A DNA stretch of 64,000 nt, taken from positions 44,761-108,760 of the forward strand of contig CASGDV010000067.1 of the NCBI GenBank assembly GCA_949300335.1, in the 5' to 3' direction. The notes beneath the pieces are model-generated. The model ran no database searches and had not been told where the DNA came from. It saw only the letters and a list, made by a program, of their open reading frames with translations. The stretch comes from an uncultured Bacteroidales bacterium (GTDB taxonomy: Bacteria; Bacteroidota; Bacteroidia; Bacteroidales; UBA932). Shown one piece after another: positions 28,153 to 38,789 of the stretch (position 1 is its first letter; each line of letters opens with the position of its first letter). The position numbers and the translations under genes are program-made.

Positions 28153-31143
28153 TTAGAATTTGAAATTAACTCCAAAGGTGTAGGTCAAAGGATAAAGTGA
28201 CAACTGGGTTGACAGGTTTTCACCTATGATCTGCGGGTCGGCTCCGAGATATGAACTGAATGTGAACGGATTCTGAACGGCAGCATAAAGCCTTACGCCT
28301 TTCAGATGAGCTTTCTTCATGAGCTTTTCACTGAAGTTATATCCGAGAGTGATGTTCTGTATCTTGAGGAATGTACCGGAAACCTTTGCAAGAACCTGGG
28401 TCCACAGACAGTCGAGACCGATTCCCGGATACTGGTTGTTCTGGTTTTCCGGTGTCCAGTACGGTACGTCGAGCTTGTTCCAGTCCTGATTGTTCATGCC
28501 GAGGAACCAGAATGTGAAATTGTCTGCATAAACTCCTCCTATCTGGGTGTACATATATACCGACAAATCCCAGTTCTTGTACATGAATGTATTTGTCATA
28601 CCGGCAGTCCAGTCCGGAGACGGAGTACCCTGAATATGGTAGTCATTTGTGTCGATTATACCGTCTTCCTTGTAATCCATTATTTTCGGCCATCCGGGTG
28701 CGAAACCGAATTCTGCAGCCTCTTCTTTTTCCCATTCCTGCCAGATTCCTATCTGTTCTACATCATAATAAACATTCATAGGATAACCGATGAATCTTCT
28801 GTTGGCGAGGTCGTCTGTTTTGGTTCCGTCAAGGTCGAGAATCTTGTTCCTGTTAAGGGAGAAGGTCAGACTCGTAGACCATGAAAAATTCTTTTTGGAA
28901 ATGTTGACCGTGTTGAGCGAGAATTCGATACCTCTGTTCTGAGTAGTACCTATATTCTGCATTATACTGCTGTAACCGTTTACGTCAGCTATCTGTCTCT
29001 GGAATATCAGGTCGGTAGTCTTTCTTGAATAGATGTCGATACTACCTTTGATTCTGTTGCCGAGGAAACCGTAATCGAGACCGAGGTTGTATTCTGCTGT
29101 CATTTCCCAGCGCAGATCTTCGTTTCCCAGCACGTCCGTAAGTCCGAATCCCTTTATTCCTTCTTCTCCGAAGCTGTAAGGATTGAGTGCTATCTGGGTA
29201 AGTGTGATGTTGTGCCCGATATTGTTGTTACCTGTCTTTCCCCAACTGGCCCTTAGCTTGAGAGCGTCCACCCAGCCGACATTCTTCATGAAATTTTCGT
29301 CTTTGATAGACCAGCCGACAGCTACTGAAGGAAGAAGACCCCAGCGGTTTTTCTGCGCCAGCCTTGAAGTACCGTCATAACGTGCAGCTGCCGTGAAAAG
29401 ATATCTGTCCTTGAACACGTAGTTCACCCTTCCCATGAATGACATCATCTTTGCCTCCCAGTATGAACTGTTCACGTTGGTAATCTGCTCGGCAGTCTGG
29501 ATTGCATGCCAGTCAGAGTCGTAAGGCAAACCCTCACCGGTCATTCCTGAAGCCTGATGCATTTCTTTCTGCATGCTGAACAGGCCGAGGATATTGAGTT
29601 TGTGCCCGCCTTTGAATTCCTTGTCATATTCGACAGTGTTGTCCCAAACGAAATTCTTGTTGTATCCTTCCGACCTGTTGGCATAAGGATCTCTTACTCC
29701 GAGACCGTACTGGCTCATGGTTCCTGTCCAGTATCCGTTTACCGCACCATCATACTGAGCGGCAACCTGGCTCTTTATCTTCAGATCCTTGATAGGATTG
29801 TAGGAGAGGTGAGTCACTACATTGAAAGACCATCCGTCACTCTCGTTTTTAGTATTTGCTTCCTGAACAAATGGATTGACGCGGCCGTCTGGTCTGTGGG
29901 TGAATGTTTCCGTTCCGTCGGGTTCGTACCGGCCTACGATAGGAGTGATGAGATAAGCATTGTAAAGTGCATCGGAGCTGCCATGGTTGATATAGCTCTG
30001 TGCCATGTATGCCTGCATACCCATGGTAACCTTGTCTTTCATCCTGTATTCGAGGCCCATATTTGCAGTAAGTCTTTCAAAATTCTGAGGACCTGCGAGA
30101 CCTCCGTCATTGAGGTATCCTACTCCGAATGTATAGGAAATCTTGTCGTTTCCTCCGGCCGCACTTATCGTATGGTTGTTAGTAAGACCGTCATGAGCAT
30201 ATTCCCTCAACCAGTCATAATATTCCCCATATTTTACGTGTCTGCGTTCGTTGTCTGTAAGGAATGAAGGAGTAGACAATGATGATGCACCGAATTTAGT
30301 TGTCCACTGTGCGATACGGAAATTAACATATTCCATACCATTACCTTTGCTTCCGAGCATGTCAGGCATCCTGGTAGGGGTCTTGTAACCGATTGAACCG
30401 CTGTATTCAATCGAGAATCCGTCTTTCTTGCCGGCACCTTTTGTTGTCACGATGATGACACCGTTCGCACCTCTGGAACCGTAAATTGCACATGATGATG
30501 CATCTTTCAGAATGTCAAGGGATTCGATGTCTTCTGCATTTATGTGCCTGAGTCCAGACTGTGACGGAACACCGTCAATCACATACAGAGGCTCGTTGGA
30601 ATAGTTGAACGAGTTCTTACCACGAATCTGCACGCTCATATCTGCACCCGGCTTGTTGGAAGCCTTGGTTACCAGAACACCGCTTATACGTCCGTTGAGG
30701 GATTCCGTCGCATTTACGTTCATTGATTTAACGATGTCATCTCCGGAAATGGATTCGATGGAACCTGTCAGGTCCTTCTTCTCTATCTTGCTGTAACCGA
30801 TTACAACCACTTCTTCAAGAAGTTCCTTGTCTTCCTGCATGATTATTTCAAAATAGCTTCTGGAAGAAGGTGTAATTTCGATGGTCTGGGTCTCGTAGCC
30901 CATCAGGGATATGGTTACAGTTTCGCCGTCTGTAACATTGAGGTTGAACAATCCGTCGATATCGGTGCTTGTTCCGTTTGTGGTACCGTCTACGAAAACA
31001 GTTACCCCTATGAGAGGATTGTTGTTTGCGTCCGTTATTTTTCCTTTTATTTCATGCATGCTTTGGGCAAAGGCTGCTGCCGATATGCAGAGCATCAGTG
31101 TCAAGGCTGCAAATTGTTTGAAGTATTTGCTAATCTTATTCAT
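28153..31143 (-). CDS. susC: SusC/RagA TonB-dependent transporter
   Basis: EEVVVIGY, PLYVIDG, LKDASSCAIYGSRGANGVIIVTTK, LKLRASWG, terminal Phe. Confidence 0.95.
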   Translation of the reverse strand: MNKISKYFKQFAALTLMLCISAAAFAQSMHEIKGKITDANNNPLIGVTVFVDGTTNGTSTDIDGLFNLNVTDGETVTISLMGYETQTIEITPSSRSYFEIIMQEDKELLEEVVVIGYSKIEKKDLTGSIESISGDDIVKSMNVNATESLNGRISGVLVTKASNKPGADMSVQIRGKNSFNYSNEPLYVIDGVPSQSGLRHINAEDIESLDILKDASSCAIYGSRGANGVIIVTTKGAGKKDGFSIEYSGSIGYKTPTRMPDMLGSKGNGMEYVNFRIAQWTTKFGASSLSTPSFLTDNERRHVKYGEYYDWLREYAHDGLTNNHTISAAGGNDKISYTFGVGYLNDGGLAGPQNFERLTANMGLEYRMKDKVTMGMQAYMAQSYINHGSSDALYNAYLITPIVGRYEPDGTETFTHRPDGRVNPFVQEANTKNESDGWSFNVVTHLSYNPIKDLKIKSQVAAQYDGAVNGYWTGTMSQYGLGVRDPYANRSEGYNKNFVWDNTVEYDKEFKGGHKLNILGLFSMQKEMHQASGMTGEGLPYDSDWHAIQTAEQITNVNSSYWEAKMMSFMGRVNYVFKDRYLFTAAARYDGTSRLAQKNRWGLLPSVAVGWSIKDENFMKNVGWVDALKLRASWGKTGNNNIGHNITLTQIALNPYSFGEEGIKGFGLTDVLGNEDLRWEMTAEYNLGLDYGFLGNRIKGSIDIYSRKTTDLIFQRQIADVNGYSSIMQNIGTTQNRGIEFSLNTVNISKKNFSWSTSLTFSLNRNKILDLDGTKTDDLANRRFIGYPMNVYYDVEQIGIWQEWEKEEAAEFGFAPGWPKIMDYKEDGIIDTNDYHIQGTPSPDWTAGMTNTFMYKNWDLSVYMYTQIGGVYADNFTFWFLGMNNQDWNKLDVPYWTPENQNNQYPGIGLDCLWTQVLAKVSGTFLKIQNITLGYNFSEKLMKKAHLKGVRLYAAVQNPFTFSSYLGADPQIIGENLSTQLSLYPLTYTFGVNFKF

Positions 31144-31153
31144 GATGAATGTC

Positions 31154-32188
31154 TTATTCGGTTAGTTCAGTCCATTTGTATATACCTTCAATTTTGGCGG
31201 TATGCTTGCCTGTTTTGTCAGGGATATTCTTGTCATCTTCAGGTTTGATGCTGAAATCCCATGCGCAGACAAGCTTATCTTCTTCTCCGGTAACTTCGGA
31301 ATTCATCATCGTCTTTATTTCATCTTGAGTCAGAGCCTTGCTCCATATCCTGAAGTTCTTGATATATCCTGCCATACATCTTGAATGATCCTTAGGCTCC
31401 ACGAAAGCCCACATCCTCTGGTCATCGGTGTTTATCACTATGTTATCTTTGACTTCCTGAGATGTCTTGAGTTCACCGTTGATGTAAAGTCCCATGAAAT
31501 CTTTTTGTGAATCAAATACTGCAGCATAGTGAATCCATTCACCCCATGTCTGAGGAGCTCCCGTAAAAATTGTCGGCAAAGTCAGGTCCGGATTGGCATT
31601 GTCGGTTCCAATTGAGAAGCGGATAGCGCTGTTTGCGGTACCCCAGTAATGTAGCGTCCATCCTTCATAAGGAATAGGACTTACAAAAGTGGAAATGAAT
31701 GAACCGAATCCGAATTCAATGAAACCTTCGTTATACTTCGTCCAGACTTCTACAGTGAATGCCGGTCCTCCGCAATATTCCGGTGAAGAACCGAAGTCTA
31801 TCCATCCCTGTGCATCGATACCGTTCACGAAAAGTTCCGCCGGCCTGCCAGGTTCCACCGTCTTGATGAGGGAATCATCGAAGTTCTTTATGGCCTTCTG
31901 TGCTGCAAGAATGTAGTTGTCCACTTCGAACTGAAGGACGAATGCTCCCGCGCGTGCTTTTGAAATACCTTCATTGATTTCTATAAGAGCATTTTCCAAA
32001 GCATCGAAACTTGCCTGCGGATATGTCCCGTCAACAATCCCGACCGGACAATTGTCAAGTCTCTGCTGGATTTCCTCCCTGAGCGAAAACAATTGATCAT
32101 AAGTCAATTGGGGGGGGGTAGTGTCAACCTTACCGGTGCATGAGAACAAAAGCATCATTCCGGTAATGAAATACAAAACTTTCCTCAT
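31154..32188 (-). CDS. LamG/concanavalin-like domain surface lipoprotein (first gene of PUL operon)
   Basis: Lipobox LFSC; FTVEVW, WIHYAAVF, LYINGE, GYIKNFRIWSKAL. Confidence 0.78.
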   Translation of the reverse strand: MRKVLYFITGMMLLFSCTGKVDTTPPQLTYDQLFSLREEIQQRLDNCPVGIVDGTYPQASFDALENALIEINEGISKARAGAFVLQFEVDNYILAAQKAIKNFDDSLIKTVEPGRPAELFVNGIDAQGWIDFGSSPEYCGGPAFTVEVWTKYNEGFIEFGFGSFISTFVSPIPYEGWTLHYWGTANSAIRFSIGTDNANPDLTLPTIFTGAPQTWGEWIHYAAVFDSQKDFMGLYINGELKTSQEVKDNIVINTDDQRMWAFVEPKDHSRCMAGYIKNFRIWSKALTQDEIKTMMNSEVTGEEDKLVCAWDFSIKPEDDKNIPDKTGKHTAKIEGIYKWTELTE

Positions 32189-32240
32189 AATCTGTTAGAG
32201 TGATTTAAAGATGTTGTTAATAGTGCTTAGTGTTTTTTAC

Positions 32241-32485
32241 AACCGGTTAAACAATAGGGCAACTCGAAACCCTGAGCCAACATAAAGTCGATTATTAGTC
32301 CTGATGTGTCGTTGCGGAATCTTTTAAACCGGTTAAAACACTGCAAATTTACATAATCTTTTTAAACCGGCAAATTTTTGACAATATATTTGCTTTTAAT
32401 TTATTAATCGGTTAAATTTGTTGATACAATCATCGGTTTTTGTTTGGACAATAAATTCGAGACTGATAACCGCAACTTATATTTG
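32241..32485. promoter_or_regulatory. Divergent PUL promoter region with four AACCGGTT-core palindromes (candidate LacI operators)
   Basis: AACCGGTTAA 32241-32250; TTTTAAACCGGTTAAAA 32322-32338; TTTAAACCGGCAAA 32361-32374; TTAATCGGTTAA ~32404-32415; -7 boxes at 32344-32351 (minus) and 32413-32420/32478-32485 (plus). Confidence 0.7.
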
Positions 32486-32501
32486 AAAATATATCCGAAT
32501 C

Positions 32502-35204
32502 ATGAAAATCATCAAGAACCTGATGCTGTTCTTACTGGCGCTGCTCCCCGTGGCAGCACATGCGCAGTTCGATGGCAATGTGCTGAAGTGCAATGACGAA
32601 ACTTTCGGCAAACTTAAAGCCATGTCTTCTTCAAGACTTTCGGGAGGAGACATCATGCTGTTTACAACCACCCATCAGGACCTCGGGTGGCTGAACAATA
32701 TCGAAGCCTGTGTCATTGACAGGGACACCCTGTGGCTCACTCCTTTCCTTCAGAGACTGGAGGATGATCCCACTTTCAGAATGGATATAGAGCAGAGTTC
32801 CATCCTCTTCGAATATCTTCACAGGCATCCTGACAAGAAAGAGCTGATAAACAATTATATGAAAGAAGGAAGAATCTGTGTGGGAGGAACATATATCCAG
32901 CCATATGAAGAAATGTACTCGGGAGAATCTCTCGCAAGGCAGTTCTATTTCGGAACAAGGTGGCTCAAGAACACTTTCGACGGCTACACGACGTCTTCAT
33001 ATTTCAATGTGGATGTTCCTGGAAGGACGTTGCAGATGCCCCAGATAATGAAAAAGGCCGGTGTGGAAAATCTGATAATAAGCCGCCACGGGCGCGGTCT
33101 GTTCTACTGGCAGGCCCCGGACGGTTCCAAGGTCAGAACCTATACTCCGGGACACTATATCTTCTTTTACGACATGATGGGAAAACCAGATTCCACCATA
33201 GTGTCCATGCTTGCGGACGAATCCGTACTATGGCAGGAAAAATACAACGACCGTCTGAAAAAGGGCGGAGTTATGCCTGCCATGCTTAACTATGAATTCA
33301 TATGGAACATGGCTCCTGTCGAGAATACTCCTGTATTCAAGGAAAAATGGAATGCCGTCGAATATATTGAAAATACCGAAACAGGTGAAAGAATCAAGGT
33401 TAACCTGCCGAAATTCAGGTACTCGATAGCCGACGAGTTTTTCAGCGAACTGGATAAATCCACGAAGTCCCTTCCTGTAATCAGTGGAGAACGTCCTGAC
33501 GTGTGGCTCTATATACACGGTCCTTCCCACGAACGTGCAATAACGGCAAGCCGGGAGGGAGACAGGCTTCTTCCTCAGGCGGAGATGCTGTCATCATATG
33601 TTTCCATGATATACGGTGATTTCAACCGTTATCCGGAAAGCGAACTTAATTCGGCATGGATGAATAAGATTTATCCTGATCACGGTTGGGGTGGAAACGG
33701 CGGCGAGATAACCGACAATATTTTCAGGAGAAAACTGGAATCATCCGTAACCGCAGCTTCTTCTATTCTGACGGAACAGGGAATGTATCTTGCTTCCATG
33801 GTCAATGCTGACAATTCCAAGGGACGTCCTGCAATTGTTTTCAACAACCTGTCCTATGAACGCGATGCTCCGGTGACAGTGAAAACAAGATTTCCCGAAG
33901 GTACTGCAAGCGTGTCCGTACTTTCGTCCGGAGGACAGAACGTGGAATCGCAACTCAAGGTTCTGTCAAGGCATGCAGACGGCTCGGTGAAAGAGGCTGA
34001 GGTCGTATTTGTTGCTGCGTCCCTGCCTCCTATGGGATATGAGACCTACTACATTGACGGAAAAAGCGTCAAACCATCGGAATCCGCTGCAGGAGAAGAG
34101 ACGATAGATACCGATTTCTACAGGATAGAATTGTCGGACGGCTGTTTGGAAAGCATATTCGACAAGGAACTCGGACGGGAAATAATCGACAACCGCACTC
34201 TGAAGGCTGGCGAAGTCTTCACCATGCGCTCCGTCGGGAACGGGGCCGGTGAATTCGACGCGGTTCAGCAACCGGATATGGAAGGCTTCGACAGGACTTC
34301 CGGAAAGGGAATTGCATGGGAAAAGGTGGAAGACGGTCCTGTATATGTAACTTACAAAACCAGGATTCCTGTAAAGCATGCCGTGGTTGAACAGCATATG
34401 AAAGTATTCCGTCATATGAAACGCATTGAATTCGAAGTGTCACTCCTGAACTGGGAGGCAAAACTGTACCGCGAATTCAGGCTTGCATTCCCTATGGCCG
34501 AAGGTTTTTCCACCGTAAGATATGAGGTGCCTTATGCAACTCTCCAGGTGGGACGTGACGAGATGCCGGGTGCTGCAGGAGAGAGATATTATGTAGAAAA
34601 CAGCGAACTCCATCCGAGAGGCATAGGAAACTGGATTTCAGCAAGTGACGGAGAATGTGCGGTGACGATAAGTTCTTCAGTTGCCGTAGTTGACTACATG
34701 GATCCGACTGACAAAGACAACAGCCAGACTATAATACAGCCGGTTCTTCTTGCATCGAGAAAAAGCTGTCATTGGCTCGGAAATGAATATCTGCAGCCGG
34801 GAGACCATCATTACCGTTTTGTTCTTACGTCCCATCGTGACGTTCCCGGAGCAGCGGAGGAAAACGGAGTTTCCGGGAATTTCTGGCCGGTTGTTGTCAA
34901 GGATTTCATGGAGTCCGCCGAAGCCTCCCTTCCGGAGAGGCATTCATTCCTGTCCGTAGACAATCCGTCCCTGAAAATAACGGCTCTGAAAAAATGTGAG
35001 GATGACGATACATTCATCGTAAGGGTCTGCAATATGACAGGTGAAGAAGCCGTTTCCGGCATAAACTTCAACGGAAAGGACATTTCAATCATCCGCACCA
35101 ATCTGATAGAGGAGGAACAGGAGAAGGCCGGCAAGCTTGTCGTGGGACCGTATGCGATAGAAACATACAAGATTGTCCCGAAAAATGAAATCCATAGGAA
35201 ATAA
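32502..35204 (+). CDS. GH38-like alpha-mannosidase (paralog of 19845-22709)
   Basis: THQDLGW, GESLARQ, NVDVPGRTLQ, ERPDVWLYIHGP, IYPDHG. Confidence 0.82.
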   Translation: MKIIKNLMLFLLALLPVAAHAQFDGNVLKCNDETFGKLKAMSSSRLSGGDIMLFTTTHQDLGWLNNIEACVIDRDTLWLTPFLQRLEDDPTFRMDIEQSSILFEYLHRHPDKKELINNYMKEGRICVGGTYIQPYEEMYSGESLARQFYFGTRWLKNTFDGYTTSSYFNVDVPGRTLQMPQIMKKAGVENLIISRHGRGLFYWQAPDGSKVRTYTPGHYIFFYDMMGKPDSTIVSMLADESVLWQEKYNDRLKKGGVMPAMLNYEFIWNMAPVENTPVFKEKWNAVEYIENTETGERIKVNLPKFRYSIADEFFSELDKSTKSLPVISGERPDVWLYIHGPSHERAITASREGDRLLPQAEMLSSYVSMIYGDFNRYPESELNSAWMNKIYPDHGWGGNGGEITDNIFRRKLESSVTAASSILTEQGMYLASMVNADNSKGRPAIVFNNLSYERDAPVTVKTRFPEGTASVSVLSSGGQNVESQLKVLSRHADGSVKEAEVVFVAASLPPMGYETYYIDGKSVKPSESAAGEETIDTDFYRIELSDGCLESIFDKELGREIIDNRTLKAGEVFTMRSVGNGAGEFDAVQQPDMEGFDRTSGKGIAWEKVEDGPVYVTYKTRIPVKHAVVEQHMKVFRHMKRIEFEVSLLNWEAKLYREFRLAFPMAEGFSTVRYEVPYATLQVGRDEMPGAAGERYYVENSELHPRGIGNWISASDGECAVTISSSVAVVDYMDPTDKDNSQTIIQPVLLASRKSCHWLGNEYLQPGDHHYRFVLTSHRDVPGAAEENGVSGNFWPVVVKDFMESAEASLPERHSFLSVDNPSLKITALKKCEDDDTFIVRVCNMTGEEAVSGINFNGKDISIIRTNLIEEEQEKAGKLVVGPYAIETYKIVPKNEIHRK

Positions 35205-35244
35205 TTATGAATACCGGAAATATACATTTAAAAACATTGATACC

Positions 35245-37599
35245 ATGAGACATTACAGATTGGCCGGAATGGCAGCGGCTCTGCTGTCAGGAATGGCGCT
35301 TGTTTCCTGTTCGGGAACTGCAGATGAAGTATCCCTTACAGACTATGTGGAACCGAGGATAGGGACGGCACATTGCCGCTGGTTTCATTTCGCACCGGGT
35401 GCGCTTCCGTTCGGGCTTGCCAAACCGGGCCCGGCAACCAATGCCAGCCTGGGCAATCCTTCCGGATGGGAGGCTACAGGATATGACTACAGGGACGATT
35501 CCATCGAAGGTTTTCCCTGCCTGCATGAATTCCAGGTGGGAGGTATCGTCCTCATGCCTACCGTAGGAGAACTGAAGACAGTTCCGGGCAAACCCGGTAC
35601 GAAAGGGGAGGGCTACCGTTCATCCTTCAGCCATGACAATGAAGTGGCGACCGCAGGTTATTATTCGGTATTGCTTGACGATTACGACATCAAGGCGGAA
35701 GTGACTGCGACCGAAAGGGTGGCATACCAGCGCTTCACATTCCCCGAGTCAGAGCACTCCCACATCCTTTTCGATATAGGAAACCGTCAGGGCGAGAGCG
35801 GTCCTGCGCGTGATGCACATGTGCGGATCAATGAGGACGGAACAGTGGAGGGTTGGGTTACCACCCTTCCTGCATACAGCAACAAATATCAGGACGGTGC
35901 CACAGTGACAATGTTCTTCTCGGCAAGCCTCAACAGAAAACCGGCTTCTTTCGGAACATTTGTCGGAAGCACAGTGTATGAAGGTGCGAGGGAATCGAAA
36001 GGAGTCGGTGCAGGAGCATACCTCGATTTCAAGACGATGGAAGGTGAACAGATAACCGCCCAGATAGGTCTTTCATATACATCCGTTGAAAACGCCCGTC
36101 TCAACAGGGAGACCGAGACCCGTAACGGACGCCTCGGTTTCGACAAGGTGAGAAAGGCTTCTAAGGAGACCTGGGAATCATACCTCGGCAAGATACGTGT
36201 CGAGGGCGGATCGCGCGAGGATATGGTCAAATTCTATACCGGACTGTATCATGCCCTTCTCGGACGCGGCCTTGCGGGCGACGTGAACGGCGCTTATCCG
36301 AAGAATGACGGCACAATAGGCATGCTGCCCCTCGAAGACGGCAAGCCTGCGTTCCGTTTCGTGAATACCGACGGAATCTGGGGCGGACAGTGGAATCTTG
36401 TCCAGGTCTGGGCCCTGGCTTATCCGGAGTATCTGTCAGATTATGTCCAGACCCATCTCCAGGTCTATAAGGATGCAGGATGGATGGGGGACGGCATTGC
36501 ATGCAGCCGTTATGTATCCGGAGTCGGAACCAACCAGCTCAGCCTTGTCATTGCTGCCGCCTATCTGAACGGAATCCGCGATTATGACGTGGAACTTGCT
36601 TATGAGGCTGCCAGAAAAAACGAACTTGAAGGACGCGACCGCCCTCGTGGAGCCGGCCGCGTGGATACCGACCAGTTCGTGAAATACGGTTATGTCCCTC
36701 ATCAGGACAGCGGCGATCCGGGAATGGCCGAAGGATGGCAGTTTTCAGCTTCCCATACTCTCGAATATGCATTCAGCTGTCACGCTGTGGCCGAGATGGC
36801 CAGGGAAATGGGAAAGATGGACGACTATGTGATTCTTGACAGCCTTTCCCGCGCATGGGACAGGATATATGACGATGAACTCGATCTTGTACGTCCGAAG
36901 ACCGCCGACGGCAAATTCATAGAAGATTTCAACCCTATGCAGGTATGGAGAGGCTTCCAGGAAGGCAATGCATGGCAGTATACTTTCTATGTGCCTCATG
37001 ATGTGAAGGCGCTGGTCGGAAAGATGGGCGAGGATGCTTTTGTAAGCCGCCTGGATGACATCTTCGAGAAATCCCGCAGCATGATATTCAGCGGAGGAAC
37101 GACAATCAACGCATTCGCCGGACTCGAGACATACTACAATCAGGGCAACCAGCCTTGCCTGCATATCTCATGGCTGTTCAACGATGCCGGAGCTCCTTAC
37201 CTTACACAGAAGTGGACGAGCGCCATACTCGACGAGTTCTACGGAACAGACGGTATTCACGGTTACGGCTACGGTCAGGACGAGGATCAGGGACAGCTCG
37301 GTGCATGGTATGTTATTTCCTCCCTCGGAATCTTCGATGTCGCCGGTCTTGCGGAGAATGATGCGGATATGGCCATAGGCTCTCCGAAGTTCGACAAGGC
37401 TGTCATCAGCCTCGACAAAAACTATTACAAGGGCGACAGATTCGTGATTACCGCAGAGAACAATGCTCCGGGCAATGTATATGTCTCATCCATGAAACTG
37501 GACGGTGCCGAGCTTGAAACACCTTACATCAGATTCTCCGATGTCGTGAAAGGAGGTGAACTCACTGTTACAAAGTCTTCCGAACCCATTGTCAGGTAA
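35245..37599 (+). CDS. GH92 alpha-mannosidase, lipoprotein
   Basis: YVEPRIGT, QEGNAWQY, QGNQP, GQDEDQGQLGAW; start reassigned to ATG 35245 (lipobox LVSC). Confidence 0.92.
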   Translation: MRHYRLAGMAAALLSGMALVSCSGTADEVSLTDYVEPRIGTAHCRWFHFAPGALPFGLAKPGPATNASLGNPSGWEATGYDYRDDSIEGFPCLHEFQVGGIVLMPTVGELKTVPGKPGTKGEGYRSSFSHDNEVATAGYYSVLLDDYDIKAEVTATERVAYQRFTFPESEHSHILFDIGNRQGESGPARDAHVRINEDGTVEGWVTTLPAYSNKYQDGATVTMFFSASLNRKPASFGTFVGSTVYEGARESKGVGAGAYLDFKTMEGEQITAQIGLSYTSVENARLNRETETRNGRLGFDKVRKASKETWESYLGKIRVEGGSREDMVKFYTGLYHALLGRGLAGDVNGAYPKNDGTIGMLPLEDGKPAFRFVNTDGIWGGQWNLVQVWALAYPEYLSDYVQTHLQVYKDAGWMGDGIACSRYVSGVGTNQLSLVIAAAYLNGIRDYDVELAYEAARKNELEGRDRPRGAGRVDTDQFVKYGYVPHQDSGDPGMAEGWQFSASHTLEYAFSCHAVAEMAREMGKMDDYVILDSLSRAWDRIYDDELDLVRPKTADGKFIEDFNPMQVWRGFQEGNAWQYTFYVPHDVKALVGKMGEDAFVSRLDDIFEKSRSMIFSGGTTINAFAGLETYYNQGNQPCLHISWLFNDAGAPYLTQKWTSAILDEFYGTDGIHGYGYGQDEDQGQLGAWYVISSLGIFDVAGLAENDADMAIGSPKFDKAVISLDKNYYKGDRFVITAENNAPGNVYVSSMKLDGAELETPYIRFSDVVKGGELTVTKSSEPIVR

Positions 37600-37653
37600 A
37601 TCGAAATATGTAACTTTGCATTTCATCGAAAAGACGTGTATTAAACTGAAAAT

Positions 37654-38661
37654 ATGGGAATATCATTGAAAAGTATTGCCGATGACCTGAGCCTTTCCAA
37701 AGCAACGGTTTCATGGATTCTGTCCGGAAAAGGCGAAGAGAAGGGCTTCAGCGCGGCAACTATAAAGCAGGTTACCGATTATGCAAGAAAAGTCGGTTAC
37801 ACACCTAATCTTATAGCCAGAAGTCTGTCGATGGGGTATACGAAGACCATAGGTCTGATAATACCTTCGATAAGCGATACTTTCTATTCCCAGATGGCCC
37901 AGTCGGTCGAGGCTTCGGTGTCCTCCTACGGCTATGTGCTAATCCTCGGGTCTTCCGAAGGAGATGAAACGAAGGAACAGCAGCTGATCAGGTCGTTGAG
38001 GTCCCAGCAGGTCGCCGGCCTGATCATTGCTCCGACGAACAAGTCCGACAAGGCCATATCCATGATGCTTCATGACAATTTTCCTTTCGTGCTCATAGAC
38101 AGGTATATTCCCGAGTTGAGGAGCAACTACGTGATAGTGGATAATGAAAACAGCAGCTACTCCCTTGTGCGGCATCTGTATTCTTCAGGATGCCGCAGGG
38201 TGGCTGTAATAACGACTGACATGCATCTTTATGTCATGGGCAAGCGTATTTCCGGATACCGCAAGGCAGTCCTCGACAGCGGTCTTCCCTTAGAGGACAG
38301 ACTGTGTGTTGAAATCGACAGGAATACCTACATAGAAGATGTCAAGGACAAGATGAACCGGCTTCTGGATGAAGTGCCTGATGTCGACGGCTTCTTCTTC
38401 ACTACACACTATCTTGCCGAAGAGGTAATGAGATATTTCATAATGCACGGAACCGATTACAGACACAAGTTCCGGTTCGCCTGCATCCATTCCACAAGGG
38501 CACTGGACATCCTTTCCCCGGAAATGGCGCGTGCCATGATGCCTATTACGGACATGGGACGCAAATCCGTTGACATCCTCATCGAGAACATCTCCTCGCG
38601 TGACGATTTCGACCAGAAGGAACTCATCCTCGACAACACCCTCCTGATGGAAGGGATCTGA
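37654..38661 (+). CDS. LacI-family transcriptional regulator
   Basis: HTH SLKSIADDLSLSKATVS, YTPNLIARSL hinge, periplasmic-binding-type sugar domain. Confidence 0.93.
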   Translation: MGISLKSIADDLSLSKATVSWILSGKGEEKGFSAATIKQVTDYARKVGYTPNLIARSLSMGYTKTIGLIIPSISDTFYSQMAQSVEASVSSYGYVLILGSSEGDETKEQQLIRSLRSQQVAGLIIAPTNKSDKAISMMLHDNFPFVLIDRYIPELRSNYVIVDNENSSYSLVRHLYSSGCRRVAVITTDMHLYVMGKRISGYRKAVLDSGLPLEDRLCVEIDRNTYIEDVKDKMNRLLDEVPDVDGFFFTTHYLAEEVMRYFIMHGTDYRHKFRFACIHSTRALDILSPEMARAMMPITDMGRKSVDILIENISSRDDFDQKELILDNTLLMEGI

Positions 38662-38663
38662 AT
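38616..38663 (+). repeat. 48-bp direct repeat, copy 1 (3' end of lacI)
   Basis: GAAGGAACTCATCCTCGACAACACCCTCCTGATGGAAGGGATCTGAAT; 47/48 identical to 39460-39507. Confidence 0.95.
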
Positions 38664-38704
38664 ACATGTTTATTCTTTAAATTCTGAAGCTTTCATAGAA
38701 AGTC

Positions 38705-38746
38705 AAGTGAACATCTGTACAAGTGAAGCGGATGTTCACTTTTTTT
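38705..38746 (+). terminator. Terminator downstream of lacI
   Basis: AAGTGAACATC...GATGTTCACTT stem followed by a T-run. Confidence 0.7.
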
Positions 38747-38789
38747 GCGAATTATGGAAGATTGGTTATCTTTGCATAAAAACACCGTA

